Of a stretch of 60,000 bases of DNA, positions 37,251 through 50,697 are shown in pieces. Source of the stretch: Lama guanicoe (lineage: Eukaryota); assembly GCA_013239625.1 (NCBI GenBank), contig MU054391.1, positions 932,001 through 992,000 on the forward strand. The letters run 5' to 3'. Under the pieces are notes generated by a model that did no database searches, had not been told where the DNA came from, and worked only from the letters and a program-made list of their open reading frames with translations. A program made the translations under genes and the position numbers. Position 1 is the first letter of the stretch; each line of letters opens with the position of its first letter.

Positions 37251-40200
37251 ACTGGAATTTCTCATTTTGTGTTTGAGTTGAAGCAGACGTTAAAAAGAAT
37301 GAAAGGCAATCAGACATTGACGTGGAGGTATGCAATCTTTCTCTTCTTGGGTCACTTAAGAATTGAAACTTGCTCAGGTCGAGGGTCATACTGGGCATAC
37401 AAGCAGCCCCCACACCCAACCCTAGCAAGGCAAAAGCAAGTGGGGGTCCCAGGGGGAGACAAGCAAAGGGAATGGCCAGGATTCCAGGACAGCAATGACT
37501 GGGGCGCAGGAACAATGTCCTGCCTTGCTCTTGGGGTTGTGAGCCCACACCACACGCTCTGAGAACTTTGTGGTGTCCGCGGAGTTATCACCTCAGGAGT
37601 CACTGCGTTGTGGTGCCACCACGGGCATTCTCTTTGCCTGGTGGTGTCCGCACACTAGTGCAGACTGGCCTCTGGCTGGATGGCCACTGGCGCCTGAGAC
37701 CACTGATGTGCACGTGGCAGGTAAGAAGCAGAAAAAGTGGTAGCCTTTGGCACACCCAATAGAATGAACTCCTCAGAGTCACAGTTCCTGTTTGTATCAC
37801 ATGAACCCAAAAGACAGAGCTCTTGGGTGATTAGAAATTAGTTTTAGCAACTGCCTCGAACAGAAAAAAGTCCATAGCAGGCTGCGAGGAGGGGTCCAGA
37901 GTGATACTGGTTTAGCATGCTAATAATTTGGCACTTCGTTGTATTAAATATTAAATAGCAGCCAGAAACCATCCCTGCTCAGAAATGTTTTTTGTTCTGG
38001 AGAGTTTGTCTTTTGCATGAGGCTGGGATGGAGTTGGGTGTGCAAAGGCACCAATCTCATAACCAGGCTCGTAGCCCTTACAGAAGTCCACATGTTCTTT
38101 CTATAATAAACTGTGAAATCAATCTGCCAGGGAAACCTATTCTGTACGTGCTAAGTGGCAGCTTGCTTGTATTTATCAGGTCAAGAAGCAAGATTTGTGA
38201 AATGCAAGGGCATCTTTGTCACTTTAATGGGCTCACATCATTCTGCTCATTACAAATTGGAATTCGGCACAGAGCAGGGAACGAGCACAGCTCACACACA
38301 ATGCTGTTTTCCAGGGCGTTTCAATTAAAAGTAATAGTGCTGGATGAGCTTACAATTTCATACCCATCTTGGCTTTCCTGCTCTGAAGATCATAAATCCA
38401 GGAAGGGGCCCCGATGACAGTCTGCAGGTGGAGAAGACAGAGGGGCACACAGGGGACCGAGCACCAGGCTCTCGGCTGTCCCGCAGGTGCCTCAGGCAGC
38501 ACGTCCTCAAGGGGGCGAATCTTGAAGAGCTTTAGAGATTATTTCTGGATCCACACTATACACACTGGCTGCTTGTTAGCACTTGAGACGAAAGGACTCG
38601 GCCCGAGGAGAAAGCCAGCCTGACAGGGACCTTCTGGTGCTGGGGCTGGTGGCGCTCCTGTGCCCTGTGCACAGAGTGTGCGGGACCTCGTTCCTCAAGG
38701 GTCGGCTTCACCTGGAACTCCAGGACGCACAGGTCAGTGGATTCCAAGAAGCAGTGACTTTAAAGGAACGTCCTGGCCTGAACCAGGGAGGCTCTCCTGA
38801 GGCTGAGGTCTCTGGGAGAAGGTGGCGGGCGCTCGCCCAGCCGGGCGGGGGAGGCTGGAGGGCTCAGGACCCCAGTCTAGACCGTCTTTCAAGCGGGCTT
38901 TGGGGGCTCCGCACCGTCGAGCCACGACCCGGTCGGCCCGGCGGGCGTGGTCAGAGCGCGGCCTTCGCCGGCCCCTCCGCTTCCGCACCGAAATCCATCC
39001 CGTCCAGGCGACCCACCGAAACCTCAGAAAACCAGCTTGTTAATGAGGAAATCGTCAGTTCACACTGTTTAACTTACGTATTTTTTACAAGGTGCCTCCC
39101 TGTGCCCCCAGCAAATAGCCTTCCTTCTAAATGAAATAAGATTTCCCTCTCATGGCCAGCCGCCGTGGACGGACTTCCCTGCTTGTGGGACAGAAGCAGA
39201 GACTCTCTTCCGCGGAGAAGGACCAATCACTTGTGTGCCTTGCACTTGAATTTGCGGAGTGAACCCGCCCGATGCACCGTTAACGCCTCCACATCCCTCA
39301 GGACCCAAGAACCCGCAGGTTCCCAGCAGCGCGACATCCCTGCGGCCATCTCAGAACTGTCCTGCGGCCTCTTTAAGCTGCTGAAGACTCATGGGCTTTC
39401 CCGTCTCTAAACGGAGGTACTTTGGAAGGAGGTGCCGGCATAGTCCCGTGCCACAGGCCCCTTCTTAGATCCTCTGCCCCTGCTCCCTGCCCTGTCCCCA
39501 AACCCTTCCCTGGCTTTCTTCCTTTCCTCCAAGCCTTGCTTCACTCCCACAGCCCCACCCAGTTCCACCTGAAGCCTTGGAATGGCCCCACCGAACCGCA
39601 AACCAAGCTGTTACCACGGCACAAGGGAGCCGGCTGGAACCTGTCAGGAGGAATGCCGTCCGCCCAAACGTCACCGTCACACAGAAGCCAGGGCGAGACC
39701 AGGGCAGAAAGGGCCCCCCTCTACAGCCAGTCCCCAGACTTCCCCCGTCACCGTGTGGGCAGTTGGATGAGGGCAGCGGGGCGAGGTCTGCGGTCCAGTC
39801 CCTCAAACACTGCCTTCCTTCCTCTCCACAGTCACTTGGGTAAGTGCTTTGAACTGTGACCCTGCAGGTCCCCTTTTACTAAACCTTCTCTCCATGACCC
39901 CTTTATTCTGAATGCCCACAGAAGGTCAAGGAGAAGCGGCCTCCCTTCAGAAGGCAGTGTCTGTGAGGTGCAGTGACAAGTGGACACGACTCAGGTCCCC
40001 GCGCCCAGCCCTCGGCGAGCCAGCTCCTCACAGCACCTGGGTGGACGGAAAGTCCTTCCCCGAAGACAGACAGGGAGGCCTAGGAGCTGAAGCTGTTTCC
40101 CGGAGTCACACAGGTGGAGTCTGTGAGTGGCAGGGGTTACTTTTAAAGCTAGGTCCCACCTTGTCGGATAGGGTGTCCCGGGGAACCCTGCTGTCTGGAC

Positions 40201-43200
40201 AAAGCCCCGCTGGTCACCCCACCTCGACAGCTATGTGTTTAAAGAACACGGCATGGAGGCAAACGTCCGCAGACTTTTATTTCCCTGTTTCAAGTCCTTC
40301 TGACCAAAAGCTGTGTTATGATTTCTCTGCAAGAAAAAGATGAGGACATTGCATGTGGAAGGAAGCACGTTTTGTGGGTTCTTAGTTGGACTGTTCCCCA
40401 CATCACTGGACCCCGGGTTTTCCTCTGGACCGTGGAACACGGGGAAAATCAAATTTGCTGCATTTGTCTTAAAGGAACAAAGGTTAATCAAGACCAAGAC
40501 CCACTGGTGCTAAGGGCGCCCTTGCCAGAACACCCGTGGCTGTGTGTCCGTGGACTTCAGTCTCTGACCTGTAGAGTGCGGCGTCAGGCCCCCAGGGAGA
40601 TGCCCACCCTCTGGCCGGGAAGGGGTGGAGTTGGGCAGCCCACATGAAGTGCCAGTGCAGGTCCCGGTTCACCTGCAACACGCATCAGGCTTCAGCCCAC
40701 ACTTGCTGAAAAGGTATCTGAAGATGAGTGTTTACCAAGTGTCTGAAATCAGCGTGTGTGCTCACACATGAGGGGGACTGTCACTTTCCTTATGGGGGGG
40801 TCCCCTCCCTTGTAACTGGGGGAGCAGAGGGCTTAGCATCTTCAAGGAAAATCATAGCCCTGGACAGAAGCCATGCATTGCATGTACCCGAAGGTTCCAG
40901 GCTTTGGATCACTGGGTCAGAGCACCGTGTTAAAGATCCTCAGAGATGCCCTGATGCACAGACTGTTTGCAGATGCAACACTTCCAAGCCCAGGCTGCAC
41001 GTGTGGTGCTCCCAGACCAGACAGGACAAAGCGAGCCCCACCCGGAGGCCCAGAGCCAGGTGCATCCCAGTCTGCCTGGAGCCAGAGCTGACCTTCATCT
41101 TGGGCTTTGTGATTTGGGCTGCCAGAGGGTGGGGAGACAGGGCGTGGAAAAGCCCTGGACGAGGTGGGGGGTGACTCAGGCATCAGTGCTCCCTGTGCCT
41201 GCTTCCTGGTCTCTAAAATCAGCGATGAGAGCAGCTCCCACTGTGATGTTCTTTTATCTGCTGCACAAACCTATCTTAAGATTGCTTAGATCTGACCACG
41301 GCCTCACATAACCTAGTCCACGATCAGGACAGCGGGACTCAGGGCTAGAAAGACAGACACACAGTCACAGACACAGACACAGGGACCGAGAAGCACAGAC
41401 TTACAGACTTGGCAAAATTATTGTTTAAAGCCGGCGGCGGACAAACGTCGTGGGAAGTCACCACGTCCCTGGTGACCAGTTACGTACGATGCAGAGCAGA
41501 ACAAACATTTGAACCTGTACTTGGCGTGTCTAGTTTCAAAGAGCCAGTGGGGCGAGTGGAGGAAGGCTGGTGCGTGCGGACGCTCCCCCGCCGGTCTCTG
41601 TCCACCAGGCCGCGGGGGGGAGCATGCAGGAACCCAGATCGCATCTTTCTTGTACGAATGACCACCCTTCCACTTTTGTAAGGAGATTAAGTGGAATTCA
41701 GTTGTTTTCTGGACTCTGGTGGGAGCTGTAAGCAGCAGTCACACCACGGGTTTCAGGATGTGGAATAACTATGCCTCTCAAGTTAGTTTCTGGTGAGAAA
41801 ATGCTCACATCACAGAAAAAGTCACCCTAATTGGCAACCTTGTTAGCAGCTGCTTCAGCAGAACGGCTACGTGCAAGACCCACAGTACCTCCCAGCAGAC
41901 TCAGTTTTTTGAATAACTAAATTTCGGACACGCCCGAGAGCAATTAAATGCGGTTTTCATAATAAAACACTCGCAGAACCTTGGAGACAGTCATTTCAGA
42001 TATGCTGCTATTCATGGTATTGTGTATTCAGTACTTAAGAAAACATTCAAGCTCATTCAATCCCGCGTATGCATCAGACTACACACGCACACACATGCAC
42101 ACACATGCACACAGACGTCTACGGAAAGGCAAAGCTGGGAAAAGCTGCGGTTCTGTTGCGGAAAGGGCGGTTTCCCAAAGACCCATCAACAGCCTTCAGG
42201 TTTTTGTTTCCATTTGCAAAACTAAACAGTAAACATTTGCCAGACTTGGTTGGCGGACTCGTAAGAGGAGGAAAGAAAACCCTCGTAAACACACGAGGGC
42301 AGCGGTCTGCCCTCCTGGTGCTCTGTGGGGTGGGCCGTCCCGCTTTATTCTGACAACGCGTGTCCTTGGACTTCGACATTTTACCATTAAAAAAGTCCTG
42401 AAACACGCCGTGAAGAAATAGACCCAATAAAGATGAAGGTAGAAAGCTTGCTACAGGAAAAACAAGAATTATCTTTGAACTCTTGACATCATCTTCCAAT
42501 CTGATGAACATGTCTGCTTGACACACTGTGCTCTTGACACACAGGGTCTGCGGAGATGACAGGGCAGAACAGCGGCCCCCAGAGCTGTCCACACCCCGAT
42601 CCCCGGAACCTCACGTGGCAGGAGATGGGGCGGTTTCTCTGGGTCACCCCGCTCGGCCAGTGCCATCACAAGGGGCTTTAGAAGAGACGGAGGGAGGCGG
42701 GAGATGCTGCCGACTGAGACTGGAGGAGGGACTGCAGCCCGAGGAGCACAGGCGCCCCAGGAGCTGGAGAGGCAAAGGCGGAGCCTCCCGAGCCTCCAGG
42801 AGGAGCCCACCCACCGCGGCTTCCGTCCGCGTGGGCTCGTGTTGTACTTCCCAGCCACGGAGCGGCAAGGTCACTGTGTTGGTCATTAAGCACGTTACTT
42901 TGCTACAGCAGCCCTGGGGACGACGCCCGAATGAATCCCTGGCTTCTCGCAGACCTCATGCAGCCACATCCACCTGCAGCGCCTGGCTTACTTCTGCGCA
43001 ACTTGAGCATCTAGGGAAGAGGCAGGAAGAGAGACCGCGGTGGCAATGAGTGCAGCAGGCTCCTGGAAACGCTGACATCCCGAGGGCGGAACCATCAAGC
43101 CTCAGGAGGGAGGCCTGTCCTGCATCTGCCAGGGTCCCCGCCTGCAGGAGCCCCTCCCGCACAGGCCCCGCCTCAGCTTTCTCTGTTTCCTCCCAGAGGT

Positions 43201-44097
43201 GGATGGAGCGGCGCTGGGGCCGGACGGGCGGGCACAGGACCGGGTGTGCACAAGGTCTGTGGAGAGGACCCCTCCTTCCAGGGGTGGATGGAGAGGGAAA
43301 CTTCCCAAGCCTCAGAGCACGAGTCTGGGAGCCTGTCTCCCGCCTCCCTTCCGACGTCCCAGGTGCTGCCCGACTACGCAGAGCTGACCCCTGAACATCG
43401 GGCGCCTCCTACAGGGAGCCCACCGTGCTGGGCTTTCCGGGCTTTTTGCCTCCTTCAGTCGCCATCAGTGTTCCCACGTATTTACGTGAGCGATCACGGT
43501 GCCTGCGTGGGAATCAGCCAGAAGGAGCTTGAGCTCTTCTGCCAGGTGAGGGTTGATGGGTTTTTACAAACTGCCCAACTCTAGTTACCGATGCAGGCGA
43601 AAGCTGCGTACCCGGACTGACGGCAGGCTCGGCAGCCCGAGGGCCTGAGCTCTGGCCCATGTGGTTACTCCCAAGGGTGAGGGGGCCGCTGGTGGCCCCA
43701 AGAGGCCGGGGTGTGTCTGGGGGACAGTCTGTGACTCAGCAAAGGTTTGTCCAACTCGGACAACCCCACACGCTTCCCAAGGGGGCAGGATTGTTGCTGT
43801 GACCTTTTCAAAAGTCATTCATCCATAGCATCGCTAGCACGTTTTCCCCTAAACATCCCACTCTACAAAGAAAACACTGGCACCCAGGACAAAAATGCGA
43901 AGAAAAATGTAAGTCATAGTTTTATTTACCATTGAAAACTCTTAACTGATCTAATGTTTTAATTTAGAAAATAGTTAAGGAAGTTAGGATAAGTTTACTA
44001 AATAAAGCATCGTACAGACTCTTAAAATAGTGTTTAGGGAGGACTTCAATGCCACCAGGAAGGAACATAACAAAGTGAGGCATCAAAACCTAGTAGG

Positions 44098-44472
44098 TTG
44101 CAGTCACTGTGGAAAACAGCATGGAGATTCCTCAAAAAACTAGAAATAAAGTTACCATATGATCCAGCAGCCCCACTCCTGGGCATATATCCAGAGCAAA
44201 CTGTAATTCTAAAAGATACATGCACCCCGAAGTTCATAGCAGCACTATTTACAACAGCCAAGACGTGGAAGCAACCTAAATGCCCATCGACAGAGAACTG
44301 GATAAAGAAGTTGTGGTATAGTTATACAATGGAATACTACTCAGCCACAAAAAAGAATGAAGTAATGCCATTTGCAGCAACATGGATGGAACTGTCGATC
44401 CTCACTCTAAGTGAAGTAAGCCAGAAAGAGAAAGAAAAATACCACATGGTATCACTCATGCGTGGAATCTAA
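44098..44472 (+). pseudogene. L1 ORF2p C-terminal remnant (124 codons, no start)
   Basis: LWKTAWRFLKKLEIKLPYDPAAPLLGIYP...WKQPKCPS...WYSYTMEYYSATKKNEVMPFAATWMEL is the canonical L1 ORF2 C-terminus. Confidence 0.92.
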
Positions 44473-44494
44473 AAAAAGGGAAAAAGAGACACTG

Positions 44495-44588
44495 ATGAAC
44501 TCATCTACAAAAGAGAAACAGACTCACGGTTACCAGGGGGAATGAACTCATCTACAAAAGAGAAACAGACTCACGGTTACCAGGGGGA
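44495..44588 (+). repeat. Perfect 47-bp tandem duplication in the L1 3'UTR
   Basis: atgaactcatctacaaaagagaaacagactcacggttaccaggggga at 44495-44541 and 44542-44588. Confidence 0.95.
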
Positions 44589-46471
44589 AAGAGGGTGGGA
44601 AGGGGTAAACTGGGAGTTCGAGATTTGCAAATATTAACTACTATATGTAGTAGATAGAAAACAAACTACTTCTGTACAGCACAGGGAAGTATTTTCAGTA
44701 TCTCGTAGTAACCTGTGGTGAAAAAGAACATGAAAACGAACATACATATGCACACGTATGACTGAGCCATGATGCTGTGCTCCAGAAACTGACACAACGT
44801 TGTAAACTGACTCTACTTCAATTAAAAACGAAAACAAGAACAAAACAAAACAAAACAAAACCTAGCAGATGTTTATAGATGTTAGAAATAGTGAAACCAG
44901 AGGCGGTTCTTATTTTTCTCTTCTGTTTTCCTTATTTACTATAATTTGCTTACAATGGGCCTATATTTGTTATCAAAGACCAAGTAAAACATTTTAAATG
45001 CACCAGAAATAGAAATATGCCTGATGTTTCAGGCTTCACTCCGCATGCGGCTTGCCTCTTGCCCTGTGATGGACGTCCCTCCGGCAGCCCCTTCAGTGTC
45101 TGCCCCGTGGACGCCAGTGTCACCAGGCGAGGAGGCCCGCACCATACCTCCAACCACAGAGGGAGCCTGCCGTCGGGTGGTGACCCCACCTCCCCAGACC
45201 AGCATTCTCTGTTCCTTCTTGTAAAGTCCAGTCATTGCAAGCAGGGCACTCGGGAGAAACGCAGAAGTGAAGGAGAGGTGCACCTCGGCCAGCCGAGATG
45301 CACTGTGTCTCCATCAGGGCCAAGAAACGCACGTGTAACTGGACCACCCGAGCCACCAGCGAACAGCTGGCCCAAGGATGAAAGCTGTGTGACCAGGGTC
45401 TGAGAGCGTTTTCTAGAACGCCTTATCCTCACAGCAAACTGACCCGCGACTGATTCGAGAGCTTCTTCTGAGCATTTGGTGAAAATAGTAGGTACTCAAT
45501 GAACCCAAGACATGAAAAGAGGTTTGTCTGAAGTTACCCCAGTCTCAGTTAGGGGCAAAATGTAAACTAAGGCTCAGCCCCTTTTGTTATCGGCACTTCA
45601 TCCCCGTGTCAGATGGCTGGGAGGAAGACGGACCCCAGCCCCCACCAGCTCACCGTTCTGGCTCCCTCTTCCCTGTCCCGGACCAAAGGGTCTGCCGTCC
45701 TCTCCCACCTCCTGTCACCTCACTGTTCGTCAGGGCAGCCTGTTCCCTCTCCCTCCGGCCCAAGCTGCAGATTCCAGGTGAAGGCTCACCCCTTCCAGGG
45801 CCTCTTTCTGAACCCGAGTGATTTCTCAGCCGTCCACGCTCACAGCCCTTGGTGAGCTTGCAGGGGCGGGCGGTGTTTTTAGCTCCAGGAGACACCGGGC
45901 ATCTCCTCAGCTTTGCAGCCTGGGGGCCAGTGCCGTATCTCTTAAAACTGATTCCTAGCTTCTTAAATACGAGAGCACGCATTATAGGGCAGGTGTTCTG
46001 TGGGCAGACTGGATGGGAGTGAGGAGGAGGGACAGGAGCTGGGAACGGGGCGAGGTCCTGTCCACACCCCCAGCTCACCAGTGTCGTGTCCTCAGGACAA
46101 AGGAAGGGCCCCTCTCCCTTCTGTTTGTCCCCCACCCCCCAGGGGGACTTCTGAGTGTGCTCTGTGCAGTGCCCTAGCTTCCAAAATTCGCTTTTTTCCC
46201 TCCTCTATCTGAATCTTTCTAGAACATTCTGCTGCTTAAACAATTCACATACCAGATCATTCCCTTCTTCAGGACAAATTCTTAATGCTCATGTCCTAAA
46301 TTCTCATTTCTATGTACAAAGAAATGTCTTTTAAAGTTTTAAAATAAAAATCATGTATGTATTTAAATCAAATTTCCACACCTTAGTTTAAAAGGTAACT
46401 TTTTCTGCAACTTTTTTAGAGTCAAAGAGAGTAATTTATAAAAATAGCCTGGCTAGTGCTACTATGGCACC

Positions 46472-46576
46472 AAAGAAAGAGAAAGAAAAAAAGGAGGGCA
46501 GGAAGGAGGGAGGGAGAGGAAGGAGGGAGGGAGGAGGAAAGGAGGAAGGAGGGAGGGAGGAAGGAGGGAAGAGAAA
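46472..46576. repeat. Polypurine (GGAA/GGAG) low-complexity tract
   Basis: About 105 nt of purines with a single C. Confidence 0.9.
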
Positions 46577-46589
46577 CTCAAACGTAAAG

Positions 46590-46800
46590 ACTTCAGCGGA
46601 AAAGAACGTTACGGGTTAAGAACGGAAAGGCGAGCTGGAGCGAGTACACAACGAAATCAAAGAGTAAGGCAGAAGCCAGATAACGCAGTGGCCCTGTTGA
46701 GTCAAAGGCTGCTAGATCAAAACATGGCTTTTACTCTAGAAACTCTAGGAAGCCATTAGCCGGTTTGGGAGAGGAGGGTCTGGGAAAGACGATAGGGCTG
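46590..46800 (-). mobile_element. L2 fragment
   Basis: taaggcagaagccagataacgcagtggccctgt...ggcttttactctagaaactctaggaagccatt. Confidence 0.55.
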
Positions 46801-46999
46801 GAACCGAAGGTTTTCACACTACGCGCGGAGCTCTCGGAGCGCGCGGAGCCTGAGGCGCTCTGTGGTTACTCGATTTCGCCGTGTTAGGTGCAACAGACAC
46901 CTGAGGACCTTAGAAGGGCGAGACCACAACTTCACATCCAGGAGCCTGGCTTTGCCATGCGATAAACACTTGGCAGTCGTAGACTCGCTTTCCTTTTGC

Positions 47000-48150
47000 A
47001 ACCCCGCGGCCTTCGGGGCTGCTGTCTCCCGTCCCCAGTGCGGCGGGCCCGGAGCGCGCGAGCCGCGGGCGAGCCAGGAGCGGCCCAGCAGGGCAGCGGA
47101 CGCGCTGTGAGATGAGGGAGGCTCCGGAGTGCAGCGACAGCTGGAAGGGTCCAGACTCCCTAGACAGACCCCGTGCTGAGGGTTGGTGGATGTTAAGAAG
47201 AGGTGTCTGCATACCCAGCTAGGTCTGCGAAAGAGGAAGGAGGGAGGGAGGGAGGGAGGGAGGAGGAAATGAAGAAAGCCGTAGGACAGAGCCCTCCAGA
47301 GGCAGCCTCCCGCCCCGGGGCTGCGGCTCTGGCTGGCGCCGTGGCCCTGTCACCGCCGCCTCCCCGAGGACGCACCGCACTGCGCGGTAACTGGGAGGGA
47401 GGGCCGGCACCCCATGAAGGAGGGGCCACGACGGCGCTGGCTGCAGGGTGAGAGCTGCCCCTTCGCCCCCGACTTCGGGCTGAGTGGGCCCCTGGGACCC
47501 CTGAACCACCGCCACGCCCAGCGCCACGCGGGGGCTCCTCGGGTGACGGCCCGCCACGCCCAGCGCCATGCGGGGCGAGCGGACTCCGCTAACGGAGGAC
47601 TGGGGGGGAGCTTGCCAAACACCGCGGCCGCCGGACGCGCAGGGGAAGCAGCCGCGGGGCAGCAGGAGAGAGGGGTGGGGCTGACGCGGGGCCCGGGGGC
47701 CTGGCGGTGGGGGGGGGCGGGGACAGCGGCCGGGGTCCGCAGGCAGCGGGAGGCGGGCGGGGCGCCGCCTTCACTTCAGGCTGGACGTCCGCTCCCCCGG
47801 GTCCTTCCTCCGCGGGTCCCTGCTGCGTGCGTTTCACAGCACGTGCGGCCCCCTTTGCTCGAGTGCGCATCCCCGCGCACAGTTCTGCACGTGTTTGCCC
47901 GAAGGCAGGAGACCGACGGCTGAGCAGACGGCAGGGTTTGAGTTACAGCCCGTCAGCGGGTCGCGGGAAACCGCGCTCCCGCCCGGTGGCCGGGCCCTGC
48001 GGGAGGCGTGGGGGCGGCTGGGGGCGCCGCGGGCGGGGCCGCGGGACGAGGGTGCGGGCGGGCCGCTGCGCGCTGACCCCGGGGCCGGCGACCTCGGCTT
48101 CCCCGTCCGGAAACGGCGATGTCCTGAGGGTGAGATGAACTGACACGCAG
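47000..48150. promoter_or_regulatory. Promoter-like CpG island
   Basis: Very high GC and CpG density; GC boxes 47714-47722 and 47755-47762; Inr-like TTCACTT 47770-47776; plus-strand donors AGG/GTGAGA at 47448 and 48130. Confidence 0.7.
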
Positions 48151-49882
48151 ACAATCCTGAGAGCCCTCAGGGCACTTGCATCAATGAATCGCAGCGCCAT
48201 TACTATCATTAAGGGATTATTTCGGCTGAAACTCCCACAGAAGTGCTACAGGTACAGAATTACAAAGCAAAACGCCAGGATGAGAAATTCTCAGGTTTTC
48301 AGTGAAAATGCTGACTGGCATCTCCTGCTTCGGTTTTTGCTTAATAAAGGTTAGCCATCGCTACAAAAAGCACAGCTTCCTCCTCTGCCTCAGGAAGTGG
48401 CCCCAGCCCCCCGCCCTCCGCCCTCCGCCTGACTCCTGCCAGCATCTCTCCCCTTGCTGGGGGCCTCGACCTGCCGCTCCAGGTTCTCCCTCCCACTGCT
48501 CCAGTCTCCACATGCCCGCCCTTGCCTGCTTCTGCATTTCCAATTCAGTGTTCTTTGTGATGACTTTTAACTCATCTACTTTCAGGAAACACGTGAGCCA
48601 ACTTGAAGTAAGGGATGCGAACAATTCATCATTAATAAAAGATCAAAGGGAAACGGCTAGGGTGAGAGAGAAGTTTGCAGGGAAACAACGGTGACGCATT
48701 TAAAGTCTTTATTCTCCTAAACGTAGGACGCCCTTCCCTCTACTGCCTCCATCGATGGCTCGCCCCATGTCCCCTCCTCCCTGCAGCCTCCAGGCAGCCC
48801 TGCCGCCTGGTGACCTGTAACCCCTCCAACCCCCAGCGCTCATCCACGGCTACTTAGTCCGCGTGATGCAACTGTCAAGAGGATGTACTGGGGGTTAATT
48901 ATTTTCAAGCACAAGTTCCACCTTTCTGCCCAGCCAGAGGTCTCCTCGCACACGTCCCCTGCTCGGGGAAAGGGCAGCTGTGCCCCAGGGTGGGAAGGAG
49001 AGGAGCCAGACAAGGAAGGGAATTCTGCTGCTTCCATGGGAAATTCAAATCACTCTGGAAGCAATAATGAAGTCAGTCCCCATGCGTTACTGGAAATTCA
49101 AGATTTTAATTGAGAATTTTATTTTCCCCAATATGAATCTTCTGAGCAAAAGAGATGTTCAGAACTAAGACCGGGTCAGTTTTCCAGTTTTTGTAGTTAT
49201 TTGTAGCACACACCCACGCAGGTGCCACTAGGACGTGCAAAGAAACTGGTTCACCCGCGTGAGACCTGTCACTGTGCTGCAGGGGCCGCTGCCAGTTAGG
49301 AAGCCCTGTTCCGGGGAGCTGTTCCCGGGGCTGCAGTGTATTTATCTGCCCATGGTGGGAAAGGCCCTTCGTCTGGGCTCTGAGCAGTGGCGGCCACACA
49401 CGGGGAGGAGCGCCAGCTGCTGTGTCAGAAGTTGTGGACATCCTTTACTTTACTGACTGTGTATTAATTCATGACAAAAGCACAGCTTTGCTCCCCGACA
49501 CTTTTCTGCAACTGGGGAGACTCATGAAAGAGGGAGACATATCAGGGCAAGAGGTCAGTTTGTCTTCTAAGAGAGCATCCTCCTGGTGTCTCTGGATGTC
49601 AAGATTTTTGGTGATCACCTCTTTGACCCTCTCTAACTCCTCTGGTCAAAGACAAAACACAGGAGTGGGCAGATGGGTTTCCGAAGGCAGCTGGACTTGG
49701 AGTATCCTAAATGCAGTGGAGCCTGCCTGAGGGAGAGCTGACCTTCAGAGGGATGAGAGGCCAAGCTGGCCAGCAGACCCCAGGCCCCCATGGCCACCTT
49801 GAAGGTCATGCATGAAAAGTAACATTTTTTTGTCCCAGTAGACAGATCGGGGTTTCTTAGGAAAGTGAGTAGGGGTTTAGAT

Positions 49883-50093
49883 CAGTGGGGCTGGCAGATC
49901 ACAACCACAGGTCACACTGGGCGTTGCCTGGCATTGTACATAAAGATTTTGAAACAGACCCACCCATCAATTTCATATGTTCTGTGCCGCTTAGCATCAT
50001 AATTACAGAGCTGAATAGTTGTGACAGGGACCACATGGCCCCAAAGTGGAAAATATTTACTACCTCACTCTTTACAAAGTTTGCTAACTCCTG
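49883..50093 (+). mobile_element. MER58A (hAT-Charlie)
   Basis: cagagctgaatagttgtgacagggaccacatggccccaaagtggaaaatatttactacc...aagtttgctaactcctg. Confidence 0.85.
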
Positions 50094-50529
50094 CTTTTGG
50101 TCATTCTTTAAGAAACAGCCCAGAGAGAGGCTGTAGCCTTGAGAACACAGCATAAAGGGAACACAGAGAGGCTGAGCCCCAGACAATAAACAGCATTTGT
50201 GATTTGCATGACAGTGAAAATTGCATTTTTAAAAAGCCAGAGAGAAACAAATGCACTGTATGGCCAGGTAACGCCGATGTGAGCAGTCAAAGCCGTAGTA
50301 AGAAACAAAGGCATAGCACCCTGCGCCAGGAGTGACAGACGTCTGAGGACCTGACGGGGAGAAAGAGCCGAGGGGATGCGCAGGCACCTTCTGTTAGTGT
50401 CTGTTCATGGGTGTGCGTGTGCATGCCTGTGCAACTTCATGCACACGTCCACAAACACAAGCACGCACTCACCAATATGCATGCAACCACACGTGCACAC
50501 ATTGCTGCCTCCCCAGCCTTACTGAAGAG

Positions 50530-50697
50530 CCGTGACTTTCACACCTCACCTTGCTTCACCTGGACGGATGATCACAATGCAGATGGCCAGGCCCCAGCCC
50601 CAGAGTTTCTGCATCTGCAGATTTGCGGCCCAGAATACGCTTTTCTAACAAGTTCCCCGCTATTCCTACTGATTTCAGCACCCTGCTGAGAACACTG
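50530..50697. mobile_element. MER5A (hAT-Charlie)
   Basis: ggccccagccccagagtttctg...ggcccagaatacgcttttctaacaagttccc...tgagaacactg. Confidence 0.75.

Larger units (their letters stand above)
44097..44856 (+). mobile_element. Young 5'-truncated L1 (ORF2 C-terminus, 3'UTR, (CAAAA)n tail) with TSD, inserted in an older L1ME4-like remnant
   Basis: TSD aaaacctagtag 44085-44096 / aaaacctagcag 44857-44868; open ORF2 frame. Confidence 0.92.

Noticed and set aside
50410..50500. Inverted repeat cgtgtgcatg / catgcacacg
   Set aside because: By-product of degenerate (CA)/(TG) low-complexity sequence.
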